A DNA stretch of 64,000 nucleotides from Oligoflexia bacterium (GTDB lineage Bacteria > Bdellovibrionota > UBA1018): positions 1,312,001 through 1,376,000 of the forward strand of contig CAVWVI010000003.1 of the NCBI GenBank assembly GCA_963758495.1, written 5' to 3'. The notes under the pieces are model-generated. The model was not told the DNA's origin, did not search any database, and saw nothing but the letters and a program-made list of their open reading frames with translations. Shown here in pieces: positions 46,275 through 57,204 of this stretch (position 1 is the first letter of the stretch; every line of letters starts with the position of its first letter). A program made the position numbers and the translations under genes.

Positions 46275-47310
46275 ACTGTAATTGATCTAAACGGCCCTGA
46301 ACTACCTGCATTAACCTTTGAATTTCACCTTTGATTTCATAAGTAGGACGGCTGAGGTCCAAGCTTAATTCACTTTCAAATCGAGGTGAGTTAGAAGCTT
46401 CTTTCTGATCTAATCGGCTCATTGCAAGTTGTAATTCTTTCCTAGCTGACCACAGTTCCTTTGCATCAGGGCGAGCTGATTGAAGTCGAAACTTGGCTAG
46501 GTTGATCATACTCAAAATATGAAAGGGGGATACTCTGACATCCCGTTCTAAAAGCCGGATTGCCGAAACAGTTTGCCCCAGAGATGACAAAACTTCAGAT
46601 AACCACACAGATGCGATCTCCGACCCATGAAGTTCGCTATTAGCTTCGCGGAGTTCAACAAGAGCATCCCTGGCTGCACCCCGTTGTTGTAGAGCTCTAC
46701 CCAACCACAGCTTGATTTCAGGTTCATAGGGATTCAATTTTTTTGCATATTTTAAACGCTCAATGGCATTGTCAAAATCATTATCAAATACCAAACTTTG
46801 TCCTAAGCGAATTAATATTTCAACGTTCGCGGGTTCAGTCATCAGAGTCTTTTCAAACTTCTCTTTTGCATTTCTATACTTTTTTCCAATCAGTAAATTT
46901 AAACCATCTTGATAAATTTCGAAGGATTTATTTGTGAGAAAAAGTCTGGAGCTAACACGGATTCTTTGGACTAATAGAAGATGCTGGGGCAGAGAAGTCC
47001 AATTCATGGCTTGACTCATCAAAGTCAATGCCTCTTCGCGTTGATTTGAGTAAATCAAAGCTTCAGAAAGCCCCAGTACGACCGGTAAAGATTTTGGATT
47101 ATTTCTCAATAGAGATCTAAATGCAGTCGCGGCCTCATCCCACTTATATTTATTTAAGAGACTTTTAGCTTCAGAGTAGGCACGATTTGCCGTGTCTTCG
47201 CTTTGGGATACCGGACTTTGGGGTACGGGACCCAACTTCCGTAGATCCGCCCCAGCTAATGTTGGACTTCCAAATGAAGTCAATAAAATTAAAATTCCAA
47301 AAAAGATCAT
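46273..47310 (-). CDS. Secreted TPR-repeat protein
   Basis: Signal peptide and repeated TPR-like helices (AKKLNPYEPEIKLWLGRAL). Confidence 0.7.
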   Translation of the reverse strand: MIFFGILILLTSFGSPTLAGADLRKLGPVPQSPVSQSEDTANRAYSEAKSLLNKYKWDEAATAFRSLLRNNPKSLPVVLGLSEALIYSNQREEALTLMSQAMNWTSLPQHLLLVQRIRVSSRLFLTNKSFEIYQDGLNLLIGKKYRNAKEKFEKTLMTEPANVEILIRLGQSLVFDNDFDNAIERLKYAKKLNPYEPEIKLWLGRALQQRGAARDALVELREANSELHGSEIASVWLSEVLSSLGQTVSAIRLLERDVRVSPFHILSMINLAKFRLQSARPDAKELWSARKELQLAMSRLDQKEASNSPRFESELSLDLSRPTYEIKGEIQRLMQVVQGRLDQLQ

Positions 47311-47366
47311 AGACTGAGGTTTCTCGACACAATTATCCAAACAAGATAAACTTAGTTTATTGAAGC

Positions 47367-48671
47367 ATGCATAAACTTCGAACTTTGCCATTAAACCGCA
47401 TTAAACCGAATACAGCACAGGTTGTCAAACCTCCATTTTCTCCACGACGGGGTCTCAAGGTATACCTTTATCTTATATTCATAATACTGGCTTTAAATAC
47501 TGCCCCAATCAAAGCAGATGAACCTACGCTGAGCGAATCTGAACCCATACCGACTCCACAAATTACCCAAGAGCCCAAAATACCCGAATCATCCGAATCG
47601 TCCGAATCACCCAAATTACCAAAATCAGAAGACGACATGGAGCATCTCCCCAAAATCGAGGCCAACACTTATGAAATAACCGTATTACAGCGAAATAATG
47701 CTAATAAAATTTACAAATTTCAGAACAATTCAAAAGACGAGCCAGGCATAGGTCGCATCTTACTCCTCAAAAAGAAGGAAGACCCCGTCATGGCCTTTCG
47801 AGTCTTAGAAAACTACTCTGACCAAAAGGCTTTTGCAGCAAAACGCATCAAACGTTATGGCGATTTCCAAATTTTAGAGAATAATGAATCATTCACCGCC
47901 GTTGAAAAAGTGGGGGACCTCGAAGACCCAAGCGCCTTGAATCGCAAAACTGCTTCGAATCCTGCCCCTGTTCCGTCTCCTAACCCTTCCCTCCCTAGCC
48001 CTAGCCCTAGCCCTTCCCCTAGCCCTTCTTCGTCCCCTAACCCTGCTCAGACTCCTGAAACACCCGAAAATCCCGATCCTAAACCCACTGTCTCCAAACC
48101 TGAACCGACAGCAGAAGAAGCTGAAGAACCACCGGACGAACTCGAAGATCAAATGGCTCTGGTCGTTCCAGACACTCGTAAGATTGATACTCACTCTCAA
48201 TGGTTAACTGCGGGATTTGGTTTTGTTCAAAATAATAACACCCCAAGTGCCGGCGGCTTGCATTCGTTTGCTGCAGGGAATGCACGGTATGCCATTACGG
48301 TAAAAGAATTACCCTTCTTTAATAAACCCAATCTCCAAGACTCTATTGCAATTGAAGGGGGCTTTTACGTTTATAAAGCCATTAATTACACTAGCGTAGC
48401 CGCTGCTGATTCCTATACTTTGCTCGGCATTACCGGCACAGTCCGCTATAACCTTCTCTTTAGCGAAAGTTTCGGAGCATTCGTATATGCCGGTATATTG
48501 CAAAATAATGTGATTGCCGCAAACCTGTCACAGGCCAGCGCCTTGTCCTCTTTAAATTCAATATTCCCAGCATTTGGTACAGGACTCTTGTTTCAAATAG
48601 GTCCAAACTGGTATATCCGATGTGATCTTGGATACGATGCCATTAATGTGAACCTTCTTTTACGATTTTAG
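47367..48671 (+). CDS. Hypothetical outer-membrane protein with Pro/Ser/Glu-rich linkers and a C-terminal beta-barrel (start uncertain)
   Basis: (PS)n linker, amphipathic beta strands, terminal Phe (NLLLRF). Confidence 0.6.
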   Translation: MHKLRTLPLNRIKPNTAQVVKPPFSPRRGLKVYLYLIFIILALNTAPIKADEPTLSESEPIPTPQITQEPKIPESSESSESPKLPKSEDDMEHLPKIEANTYEITVLQRNNANKIYKFQNNSKDEPGIGRILLLKKKEDPVMAFRVLENYSDQKAFAAKRIKRYGDFQILENNESFTAVEKVGDLEDPSALNRKTASNPAPVPSPNPSLPSPSPSPSPSPSSSPNPAQTPETPENPDPKPTVSKPEPTAEEAEEPPDELEDQMALVVPDTRKIDTHSQWLTAGFGFVQNNNTPSAGGLHSFAAGNARYAITVKELPFFNKPNLQDSIAIEGGFYVYKAINYTSVAAADSYTLLGITGTVRYNLLFSESFGAFVYAGILQNNVIAANLSQASALSSLNSIFPAFGTGLLFQIGPNWYIRCDLGYDAINVNLLLRF

Positions 48672-48677
48672 GAGTCT

Positions 48678-48872
48678 ATGCGTCACTCCCTTATATTACT
48701 CCCCTTAGTGTTATTGACTGTGGTCCTCCCTTGTATTTCCTGTGGTGTAAAAGGACCGCCATTGCCTCCCATCCCCACTATCCCACAACAATCAGAAGCT
48801 CAGAGGCAACCGCCTATCGCTCCAAAACCTCTCCCCAGCAATACTCCTACACAACAGGAAGAATCAGAATGA
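48678..48872 (+). CDS. Small LptM/YifL-like lipoprotein
   Basis: ISCGVKGPPLPP motif immediately upstream of lysA. Confidence 0.6.
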   Translation: MRHSLILLPLVLLTVVLPCISCGVKGPPLPPIPTIPQQSEAQRQPPIAPKPLPSNTPTQQEESE

Positions 48873-50161
48873 CTTCACCCTTACAGTTTTTTTCATATAA
48901 AAAAGGAATACTCACTTGTGAAACTATTTCCTTACTTGAACTTGTAAAAATAACGGGAACACCCTCATACATCTATTCATCCAAAGGATTCCTAGAACCC
49001 CTTAAAGCTTTGCAAAAGGGGCTCATCGGTTTAAATCCAACGATCTGTTTTGCGCTCAAATCCAATTCAAACATCGCGATTTTAAAATTACTTGCAGACG
49101 CAGGAGCAGGAATGGATCTTGTCTCTGGAGGAGAGCTTCACCGTGCAAGCCTTGCAAAAGTCCCTGCCGAGAAAATTGTTTTTTCGGGCGTGGGAAAAAC
49201 AACTGACGAAATGGCGATGGCTCTACGATATCAGGGAACCGGAATTTTTTCTTTCAATATTGAGTCCATCCAAGAACTCATGAAGCTGAATCAAACCGCG
49301 ATTGCACTGAAGTGTAAAGCACCCGTTGCCCTCCGCTTTAATCCAGACGTAGATGCAAAAACACATCCCTATATTTCAACAGGTTTAAAAAAAAATAAAT
49401 TTGGAATGCAAAAAGCAGATATTTTGAAAATCACCCATCAGCTCCATGAGCTTAAAGGGATTGAACTCAAAGGAATCAGTATTCATATAGGGAGTCAATT
49501 GCTTTCTCTTGCACCTTTGAATGATGCATTTACACGCGTTCGCCTCTTAATAGACGAGCTAAATGCCCACCTTTCCATCCCTCTCAGTTTCGTGGATCTA
49601 GGGGGTGGAATAGGCATTACTTACAAAAGCGAAAAGCCTCCCAGTCTCAAAAATTATTGCGAACTCATTCACCGGCATTTTGGTAAAAAATCAAAACTCA
49701 AAACACCTCTTAAAATTTTAGTTGAACCCGGAAGAACCATTGCTGGTAATGCAGGCATTCTGCTCACTCAAGTACTGTATCGAAAAGAACAGTCTAAAAA
49801 GGATTTCTTAGTCGTAGATGCTGCAATGAATGATTTGATTCGACCTGCATTATACCAAAGTTACCACGATATTATTCCTATAAAAAAACCCCTCAAAAAG
49901 AGTGGGAAAAGGAAAATGAACGTGGTGGGTCCGGTTTGCGAAAGCAGCGATTGCTTTGCTCAAAATCGCCTTCTCCCTGCACACCTTCAAGGCGGTGATT
50001 TCTTGGCAATTCTTTCTGCAGGGGCCTATGGCTTCACGATGGCTAGCAATTATAATAGCCGACCCAGACCACCGGAAATTTTAATTCACCAGGGAAAATT
50101 CACTCTGATTCGTAACCGGGAAACCTATGATGATTTAATACGAGGTGAACAATTAGAATAG
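48869..50161 (+). CDS. lysA: Diaminopimelate decarboxylase
   Basis: FALKSN, VSGGEL, THPYISTG, HIGSQ, EPGR, GPVCES, SNYNSR. Confidence 0.95.
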   Translation: MTSPLQFFSYKKGILTCETISLLELVKITGTPSYIYSSKGFLEPLKALQKGLIGLNPTICFALKSNSNIAILKLLADAGAGMDLVSGGELHRASLAKVPAEKIVFSGVGKTTDEMAMALRYQGTGIFSFNIESIQELMKLNQTAIALKCKAPVALRFNPDVDAKTHPYISTGLKKNKFGMQKADILKITHQLHELKGIELKGISIHIGSQLLSLAPLNDAFTRVRLLIDELNAHLSIPLSFVDLGGGIGITYKSEKPPSLKNYCELIHRHFGKKSKLKTPLKILVEPGRTIAGNAGILLTQVLYRKEQSKKDFLVVDAAMNDLIRPALYQSYHDIIPIKKPLKKSGKRKMNVVGPVCESSDCFAQNRLLPAHLQGGDFLAILSAGAYGFTMASNYNSRPRPPEILIHQGKFTLIRNRETYDDLIRGEQLE

Positions 50162-50180
50162 TTATGCTAAGTCCATTACT

Positions 50181-51080
50181 ATGCAAGGCGTTTGGACTGC
50201 TCTCATTACCCCCTTCAATGAAAAAAATGAAATTGATTTGCCTGCCTTTAAAAAAATCCTCCAGGATCAAATTCAAGCTGGCGTATCGGGTGTAATTCCC
50301 TGTGGAACGACGGGTGAATCTCCCACCTTGAGCACCGCTGAAAAGAAAACTCTCATTCTTACAACACTCCAAGAGGTCAAGGGAACTGGCTTAAAAGTAG
50401 GCGCAGGAACAGGTAGTAACAATACGGCTGAATCCATTGAATTTTCTGTTTGGGCATCACAACAAGGAGTCGATGCCGTATTGCTCGTCTCTCCATACTA
50501 TAACAAGCCATCACAGGCTGGCCTTGAAGCTCATTTTCGCGCCATCGCTGATGCAATCCAATGCGAAGTCATTCTTTACAATGTTCCAGGTCGCACTGGA
50601 GTGAGTATGACTGCTGAAACTATTGTTAGCTTAGCGTCGCACCCTAGAATTAGAAGCATAAAAGAAACAACAGGGAACGTTGCATTTACGAGCGAACTTC
50701 TCAGAGAACTTTCTTTAAATGACTGCAAAATGGATATTTTATCAGGGGATGATGTCCTGTTTCTTCCATTATTGAGCATAGGAGCTGTGGGCGTCATCTC
50801 TGTGGCAAGTAACCTATTTCCAAGAGCCATGATTGCTCTTCATCAAGCTGTTAAAACCGGCCAGCAAGAAGAAGCACTCAGACTTCATAATCAGTATTAT
50901 CCTCTCTTTAGGGATCTCTTTATTGATGCGAACCCTATCCCCATCAAACATGCGATGTCGGTTATGGAAAGATGTCATTCCAGAGTTCGACTTCCTTTGG
51001 TCACCCTCAGTGAAAAAAAGGCCAAGACACTTGAATCTGCATTAATTCAGTGCAAAATTTACCCAGGGAGTCTCGCATGA
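50181..51080 (+). CDS. dapA: 4-hydroxy-tetrahydrodipicolinate synthase
   Basis: TALITPF, GTTGESPTL, PYYNKP, LYNVPGRT, IKE. Confidence 0.95.
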   Translation: MQGVWTALITPFNEKNEIDLPAFKKILQDQIQAGVSGVIPCGTTGESPTLSTAEKKTLILTTLQEVKGTGLKVGAGTGSNNTAESIEFSVWASQQGVDAVLLVSPYYNKPSQAGLEAHFRAIADAIQCEVILYNVPGRTGVSMTAETIVSLASHPRIRSIKETTGNVAFTSELLRELSLNDCKMDILSGDDVLFLPLLSIGAVGVISVASNLFPRAMIALHQAVKTGQQEEALRLHNQYYPLFRDLFIDANPIPIKHAMSVMERCHSRVRLPLVTLSEKKAKTLESALIQCKIYPGSLA

Positions 51081-51802
51081 TTCGAATTGGAATTTTAGGC
51101 GCTCATGGTCGAATGGGCCAATGGGTTACAAAACTTCTTCTTTCTGAATTTTCCTCCCAGACTTCATTGTCCGCGCAGGTGAGTCGAGGAGATCCACTTG
51201 CTCCCTTATTAGACTGTGACGTCGTGATCGATTTTTCAAGTCCTGAAGGAATGCGAAAGCTAGCACATCTCGCCCTCAATCATCGTGGAAAACTACCCTC
51301 TTTTGTCGTTGGCAGCACAGGTTGGACTGATCTCAATTACAATACGCTTGAAGAACTGGCCTCCAAAACAGGAGTGCTTCTAGGCTCAAATTTTTCATCC
51401 GGCCTTAATATTGTTTCTGAGATTCTTAAAAAATACGCTTCTGTTTTAGAAAAACTCAAATATACACCCGTCATTGTGGAGGCTCATCATTGCCACAAAA
51501 AAGACGCCCCCAGTGGAAGCGCTCTGACGCTTCAGCGAGCGATTGACTCTAAAAAGCCCGAACGCATCCAAACTTACAGTATTCGGGCCGGCGAAGTCAT
51601 TGGGGAACATGAAGTGACTTTTTATGGGCCAGGAGATCAAATTTCAATTCGACATGTCGCCCAAGATCGTTCCCTCTTTGCCCGTGGAGCAATCGAAGTG
51701 GCTCTTTGGCTAGCAAAAAATCGGAATAGCATGACGCCGCAAGTAGGACTGATGGGTATGGATCGTTATTTAGACTCACTCTTTCAGGAGCAAAACACAT
51801 GA
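51077..51802 (+). CDS. dapB: 4-hydroxy-tetrahydrodipicolinate reductase
   Basis: GAHGRMG, VIDFS, EAHHCHKKDAPSGSA. Confidence 0.92.
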   Translation: MIRIGILGAHGRMGQWVTKLLLSEFSSQTSLSAQVSRGDPLAPLLDCDVVIDFSSPEGMRKLAHLALNHRGKLPSFVVGSTGWTDLNYNTLEELASKTGVLLGSNFSSGLNIVSEILKKYASVLEKLKYTPVIVEAHHCHKKDAPSGSALTLQRAIDSKKPERIQTYSIRAGEVIGEHEVTFYGPGDQISIRHVAQDRSLFARGAIEVALWLAKNRNSMTPQVGLMGMDRYLDSLFQEQNT

Positions 51803-52974
51803 GCGAGATGTTAGATTTTACTCAGCGCCTTACACAACTTCCCCCTTATTTATTTGCAAAAATAGATAAAATTAAACAAGAGGAGATGAAGAAGGGCCGG
51901 AAGCTGATCTCTTTAGGTATTGGCGACCCAGACCTACCCACGCCTGACTTCATCATTAACCGTCTTATTTTGGCTGCAAAGAAACCACAGAATCATCAGT
52001 ACCCTTCTTATTCAGGTATGATTGAGTTTCGCAAAGCAGTCGCACGCTGGTATCAGTCGCGTTTTGGAGTGACAGTCAATCCTGAGAATCAAGTTTTAAC
52101 GCTTATTGGCTCTAAAGAAGGAATAGCTCATATTCCGCTCGCCTTTGTGAATCCAGGAGAAGCCACTCTAGTTCCCAATCCCGGCTATCCTGTTTACCAC
52201 TCTGCTACTCTATTTGCAGGAGGAACCCCTCTTCATTTTGCTCTTCGAGAAAAAAATGGATTTCTTCCCGATTTTTCTGAACTTGAAAACCATATTAAGT
52301 CGGGACGCAAAATTAGGATTTTATTTCTAAACTACCCGAACAATCCGACATCCGCCTCCGCGAGCTTGGAGTTTTTCAAAGAAGTAGTGGCGTTTGCAAA
52401 GAAACATCAAATCATTGTTTGCCATGACAACGCTTATTCTGAAATTTTCTATGATGGCAAAAAACAACCTAGCTTTTTAGAAGTCCCTGGCGCCATGGAT
52501 ATAGGGTGCGAGTTCCATAGCCTTTCTAAAACATTTAATATGACAGGTTGGAGGGTAGGTTTTGTAGTCGGTCACCCTAAAATTATCGAAGGACTTGCGC
52601 AGGTCAAAACGAATATTGACTCCGGCGTATTTAACGCGTGCCAAGAGGCAAGCATTGAAGCCCTAGATCATTACGAACCCTTTTGTTCAGAACTCAGAAC
52701 CATTTATCAGAAACGAAGAGATATTCTGATTCCGGCCCTTCAAAAGATAGGTTTGAAGTGCAGAAATCCCGATGCGACTTTTTATGCATGGGCTCGACTT
52801 CCGGAAGGACGCAAATCGGAAGAATTCGTTCTAGACCTGATTCGGGACAAGGGAATTGTCTCCACACCAGGCAACGGATTTGGTCAAGAGGGCGAGGGAT
52901 ACGTTCGCTTCACCTTCTGTTCTGATATTTCTGTATTAAAACAAGTTGCAGAATCCCTCATTGCGTCTGTATAA
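51799..52974 (+). CDS. dapL: LL-diaminopimelate aminotransferase (class I PLP enzyme)
   Basis: LPPYLFA, LGIGDPD, IGSKEGIAH, NYPNNPT, HSLSKTFNMTGWRVG; in the dap operon. Confidence 0.82.
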   Translation: MSEMLDFTQRLTQLPPYLFAKIDKIKQEEMKKGRKLISLGIGDPDLPTPDFIINRLILAAKKPQNHQYPSYSGMIEFRKAVARWYQSRFGVTVNPENQVLTLIGSKEGIAHIPLAFVNPGEATLVPNPGYPVYHSATLFAGGTPLHFALREKNGFLPDFSELENHIKSGRKIRILFLNYPNNPTSASASLEFFKEVVAFAKKHQIIVCHDNAYSEIFYDGKKQPSFLEVPGAMDIGCEFHSLSKTFNMTGWRVGFVVGHPKIIEGLAQVKTNIDSGVFNACQEASIEALDHYEPFCSELRTIYQKRRDILIPALQKIGLKCRNPDATFYAWARLPEGRKSEEFVLDLIRDKGIVSTPGNGFGQEGEGYVRFTFCSDISVLKQVAESLIASV

Positions 52975-52985
52975 GCAGGAGTATT

Positions 52986-53759
52986 ATGAATATTTACGTG
53001 TGTATCAAACAAGTTCCAGACACTGAAACCAAAATTAAATTAAATGCCGATCAGAGTGGCATCGATACCACAGGGATTAAGTGGATTATGTCCCCTTATG
53101 ATGAGTTGGCTGTCGAAGAGGCGCTCCGATTAAAAGAAAAAAATCCAGGAAGCACTGTTACGGTACTATCAGCAGGTCCAGCGCGAGTGACTGAGGCTAT
53201 CAGAACCGCTCTTGCGATGGGGGCTGACAATGGAATTCATGTTGAAATTCCAGAGTCCGCAGATAGTAATCTTGCCGCAAAAGCACTTGCAGGTGCTCTT
53301 AAAAAGGAAAGTAAAGTAGATATTATATTCACAGGGAAAGAAGCAATTGATGATGGTGCCGCTCAAGTCAGCCAGCTCATTGCAGAATATTTTGAAATCC
53401 AGTATTTGACAGTCATCTTAAATATCGAATACGGCGCAAACAGCGTTAAATGTAAGAGAGAAATTGAGGGTGGCGCTTTTGAACTCATAGAAGCTCCTAT
53501 GCCGGTTCTTATTGCAGCGCAAAAGGGGCTAAATGAGCCTCGTTACGCTAGTCTTCCCAATATTATGAAGGCGAAGAAAAAGGAAATTAAACTCTTCAAA
53601 ATGGTGGATGCCGGCGTTTCTGATTCGGATCAGAAAATCCGTTATAAGAATTTTCAACTCCCGCCGCCTAAACAAGCTGGAAAGAAAATCGCAGGGGATC
53701 CTGCCGCGCAAGCAAAAGAGCTCGCTCGGCTTTTACACGAAGAAGCAAAGGTAGTGTAA
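52986..53759 (+). CDS. etfB: Electron transfer flavoprotein beta subunit
   Basis: VCIKQVPDT, ALAMGAD, GKEAID, NEPRY. Confidence 0.93.
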   Translation: MNIYVCIKQVPDTETKIKLNADQSGIDTTGIKWIMSPYDELAVEEALRLKEKNPGSTVTVLSAGPARVTEAIRTALAMGADNGIHVEIPESADSNLAAKALAGALKKESKVDIIFTGKEAIDDGAAQVSQLIAEYFEIQYLTVILNIEYGANSVKCKREIEGGAFELIEAPMPVLIAAQKGLNEPRYASLPNIMKAKKKEIKLFKMVDAGVSDSDQKIRYKNFQLPPPKQAGKKIAGDPAAQAKELARLLHEEAKVV

Positions 53760-53761
53760 TC

Positions 53762-54730
53762 ATGGCTAAAGTATTTATTATTGCAGAACAACGAGATGGT
53801 CGTCTTAAGAAATCCACATTTGAGCTGATTGGAGCTTCCGCCGCGGCTGGAAATGAAACTCATGCTATCCTTCTAGGAGAAGGTGTAGCGGATCTAGCAA
53901 AAGAGCTGGGTCATTATGGCGCAAAAGTAGTTCACTTGGCGCAAAGTCCGGCACTTAAGTTTTATACTTCTGAAGCCTATTCAAAGATTATTATAAATAC
54001 TCTTAAATCAGCATCTCCTGACATTATACTCGCAAGCCATTCACCTACAGGTCGCGATTTAATGCCTCGAATTGCAGCAAGGCTCGGAGTTGGATTAGCA
54101 AGCGACTGCACCCAACTTACTTTTAATGGAAATAAGATCCAAGTTCGTCGGCCCGTCTATGCAGGCAAGGCGACAGTCGAAGTTGAATTTTTAGGAGCAG
54201 GTCCTCAAGTAGCGACTCTCCGTCCCAATGCGTTAGGAATGTTAAAACCAGACACATCAAAAACAGCCGAGGTCATTCAAGTCACCCCTGATTTGGGTGA
54301 ACTAAAAACCAAAGTACTTGAAGTCGCTCAAGGCTCCAGTGGTCGTCCTGATGTCACTGAAGCATCGATTGTGGTATCGGGTGGTCGATCGCTCAAGAGT
54401 GCTGAAAACTTCAAAATCATCGAAGAAATGGCTGACGTGCTCGGAGCAGCCGTCGGAGCATCTCGCGCCGCTGTAGATGCCGGCTATCGCCCTCACAGAG
54501 ATCAGGTAGGACAAACCGGAAAAGTCGTTTCTCCCTCTCTCTACATTGCTTGTGGGATTAGTGGGGCCATTCAGCATTTAGCTGGAATGCGTACTTCTAA
54601 AGTGATTGTGGCAATTAACACCGATGCTGAAGCACCTATCTTTCAGCTCGCTGATTATGGAGTAGTCAGCGATCTTTTTACTCTTGTTCCATTACTGAAA
54701 GAAGAGTTTAAAAAAATCAAAGAACATTAA
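53762..54730 (+). CDS. etfA: Electron transfer flavoprotein alpha subunit
   Basis: [33 protein letters not shown]. Confidence 0.93.
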   Translation: MAKVFIIAEQRDGRLKKSTFELIGASAAAGNETHAILLGEGVADLAKELGHYGAKVVHLAQSPALKFYTSEAYSKIIINTLKSASPDIILASHSPTGRDLMPRIAARLGVGLASDCTQLTFNGNKIQVRRPVYAGKATVEVEFLGAGPQVATLRPNALGMLKPDTSKTAEVIQVTPDLGELKTKVLEVAQGSSGRPDVTEASIVVSGGRSLKSAENFKIIEEMADVLGAAVGASRAAVDAGYRPHRDQVGQTGKVVSPSLYIACGISGAIQHLAGMRTSKVIVAINTDAEAPIFQLADYGVVSDLFTLVPLLKEEFKKIKEH

Positions 54731-54862
54731 TCATAACTGTTTAAAGGTGACAGACAACCCTAGAGACGAAATGAGAAAACACCATCCGTCTTTACTATTG
54801 CTTGTCACCTTCTTACTCTAAGCTGTTGTATTAAATTATTTATCTATCTAAGATTGGTTCCT

Positions 54863-56839
54863 ATGACTTGGCAGACTTTCGCATTTTTGATCGTTGCAGG
54901 CTCCGCATTTGGTTATTCCGGCTATCGCTTTAGCCTTCTCTTGAAGATGATGAAGAATCATCAAGGAAAAGCCGCAAAGTATGATCAAATCTCCCAACGA
55001 ATTCTAACTACTATTGCCAACGTCTTAGGCCAAAAGGCCGTGCTCAAAAAAAGAGCTGCTGGAATCATGCATGCCACCATTTTTTGGGGCTTCTTAGTCA
55101 TCACCACCGGCACATTAGAACAATTTGCCACCACTCTCTACCAGCCGGCAAATTTTCAATTTATCGGTATAAGTGCTTATTCCTGTTTAGTCTTCCTACA
55201 AGACATCTTTACCCTTGCGGTACTCGTGGCAGTAGGATTTGCCTGTTATCGAAGATATATTATTCGTCCTGAAGGCTTAGGGAAATCGGTAGATGCCAAT
55301 CGCGTTCTCGCGTTAACAAGTTCCCTGATGGTCTCCATTCTTCTCATGAATGGCTTTCATATTTTAGGAATGGATCCTTGGTACAAAACAGCAATGCCTG
55401 TTTCAAATTCCCTAGCTCATTTTTTAAGCCCACTGGGATTCACTCCTTACACAAATGACGTCTTCAGTACTTTTTTTAAGTGGATTCATATGCTCATTGT
55501 TTTGGGCTTTGCGGTTTATATTCCCAGCTCAAAACATCTTCATATTGTAGCCGCTGGACCCAACACATTCTTACGCACTCTGACTCGAGAAAAGGGCATG
55601 AAACCGATCAACTTTGAGGATGAATCGGTTCAGCAATATGGCGCTGCCAAAGTGACGGATTTGAATTGGAAAGATGCCTTAGACTATTACTCCTGCACTG
55701 AATGTGGAAGGTGTCAGGATCTTTGTCCCGCTTACAATACAGAAAAACCCCTTTCGCCGAAAATGCTCATACTGGACCTTAAAAACAACATGTATAGCAA
55801 TAAGGAAAAAATTCTTGCGGGAGAGATCGATCAAGTCTCTCACATTATTGACTCACATGTTACGGAAGACGTGATTTGGGCATGTACTTCATGTCGCGCT
55901 TGCGAAATTGCTTGTCCAGTATTCATTGGACACACCGATAAAATCTATGACATCCGACGCAATCTCGTGATGATGGAGTCACGCTTTCCATCTGAAGTAC
56001 AAACTGTCTTCAAGAATATGGAAACGAATGCGACTCCTTGGGCATTTAGCTCATCCGACCGAGGAAACTGGGCTGAAGGCCTCTCCATTAAAACCATGGC
56101 GGAAAGCTCGGACGTGGATGTTCTGCTCTGGGTTGGATGTGCGGGCTCTTACGACGATAGAAATAAGAAAGTACTTCGGGCCTTTGCGAGCGTCCTTAAG
56201 AAAGCAGGAGTTAAATTTGCGATTCTAGGCACTGAAGAACAATGTACTGGAGATCCTGCTCGCAGAATTGGAAACGAATACCTTTATCAAACACTTGCAA
56301 AAGCAAATATTGAAACCCTAAATCGCTATCAAGTAAAAAAGATTGTAACTGCTTGCCCACATTGCTTCAATACCATCAAAAACGAGTACAAAGATTTTGG
56401 CGGTAACTACGAAGTTCATCATCATTCTCAATTTATTGCCCACCTTATTGCTCAAGGTAAAATCAAACCTACAAAAACTCTCGATGATGCGGTTACTTTT
56501 CATGATAGCTGCTATTTAGGGCGTTGGAATAATATTTATGATGAGCCTCGAAGTGCTCTTAAATCTCTTCCTTCAATCAACCTGATTGAAATGAAAAACA
56601 ATCAGGACAAAAGCATGTGTTGTGGTGCTGGAGGAGGTAGAATGTGGATGGAAGAAAAAATCGGCAAGCGCGTCAATATTGTTCGAACTGAGCAAGCTCT
56701 CGCTACTCATGCCGGCATTGTGGCATCCTCTTGCCCATTCTGTATGACCATGATGACTGACGGGATCAAGTCTAAGGATATGCAGGATAAAGTAAAAGTG
56801 ATGGATATCGCCGAACTCATCGATCAATCCACGCCCTGA
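54863..56839 (+). CDS. Membrane Fe-S oxidoreductase (FadF / ETF:quinone oxidoreductase, HdrD-like CCG domains)
   Basis: N-terminal TMs, CTECGRCQDLCP and CTSCRACEIACP, CCGAGGG; follows etfBA. Confidence 0.85.
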   Translation: MTWQTFAFLIVAGSAFGYSGYRFSLLLKMMKNHQGKAAKYDQISQRILTTIANVLGQKAVLKKRAAGIMHATIFWGFLVITTGTLEQFATTLYQPANFQFIGISAYSCLVFLQDIFTLAVLVAVGFACYRRYIIRPEGLGKSVDANRVLALTSSLMVSILLMNGFHILGMDPWYKTAMPVSNSLAHFLSPLGFTPYTNDVFSTFFKWIHMLIVLGFAVYIPSSKHLHIVAAGPNTFLRTLTREKGMKPINFEDESVQQYGAAKVTDLNWKDALDYYSCTECGRCQDLCPAYNTEKPLSPKMLILDLKNNMYSNKEKILAGEIDQVSHIIDSHVTEDVIWACTSCRACEIACPVFIGHTDKIYDIRRNLVMMESRFPSEVQTVFKNMETNATPWAFSSSDRGNWAEGLSIKTMAESSDVDVLLWVGCAGSYDDRNKKVLRAFASVLKKAGVKFAILGTEEQCTGDPARRIGNEYLYQTLAKANIETLNRYQVKKIVTACPHCFNTIKNEYKDFGGNYEVHHHSQFIAHLIAQGKIKPTKTLDDAVTFHDSCYLGRWNNIYDEPRSALKSLPSINLIEMKNNQDKSMCCGAGGGRMWMEEKIGKRVNIVRTEQALATHAGIVASSCPFCMTMMTDGIKSKDMQDKVKVMDIAELIDQSTP

Positions 56840-56932
56840 AGCGTATTCCCAGTCCTAGGCCACAGGTACAACGGCCCTAAGTCGCCCATCCAGCGCGACG
56901 GGGACGTTTAGGATTTGAAGGATTTCGAGAAC

Positions 56933-57121
56933 TTAAGTCTGTTTTAACTTTGGAAGAAAATCCTTATGGGACGCAATAAATCGCTTCAATGCTGTATTTG
57001 TAATCTCAGATTGAGTCAATTGTGAGTGCTTCTCCATAAGGTGGAGAGTTTTCGCTACTTCAAGTTCAATTTCAACTTCTAATTTTTCAGTTTGACCCTT
57101 GAGCTTATAATCATCAAGCAT
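56933..57121 (-). CDS. Small hypothetical protein (possible ribbon-helix-helix)
   Basis: AAGGAG RBS; beta-strand then SEITNTALKRFI helix pattern. Confidence 0.55.
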   Translation of the reverse strand: MLDDYKLKGQTEKLEVEIELEVAKTLHLMEKHSQLTQSEITNTALKRFIASHKDFLPKLKQT

Positions 57122-57204
57122 AATGATTGATTCTCCTTTTCATGCGATGAATTAATTTTATGTATATATAAGTGACTTTAACACGATTTTTTTGCAATAC
57201 CTTA

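Noticed and set aside
47994..48030. CCTAGC hexamer repeats as a phase-variation switch
   Set aside because: The unit is a multiple of 3 and simply encodes a (Pro-Ser)n linker.
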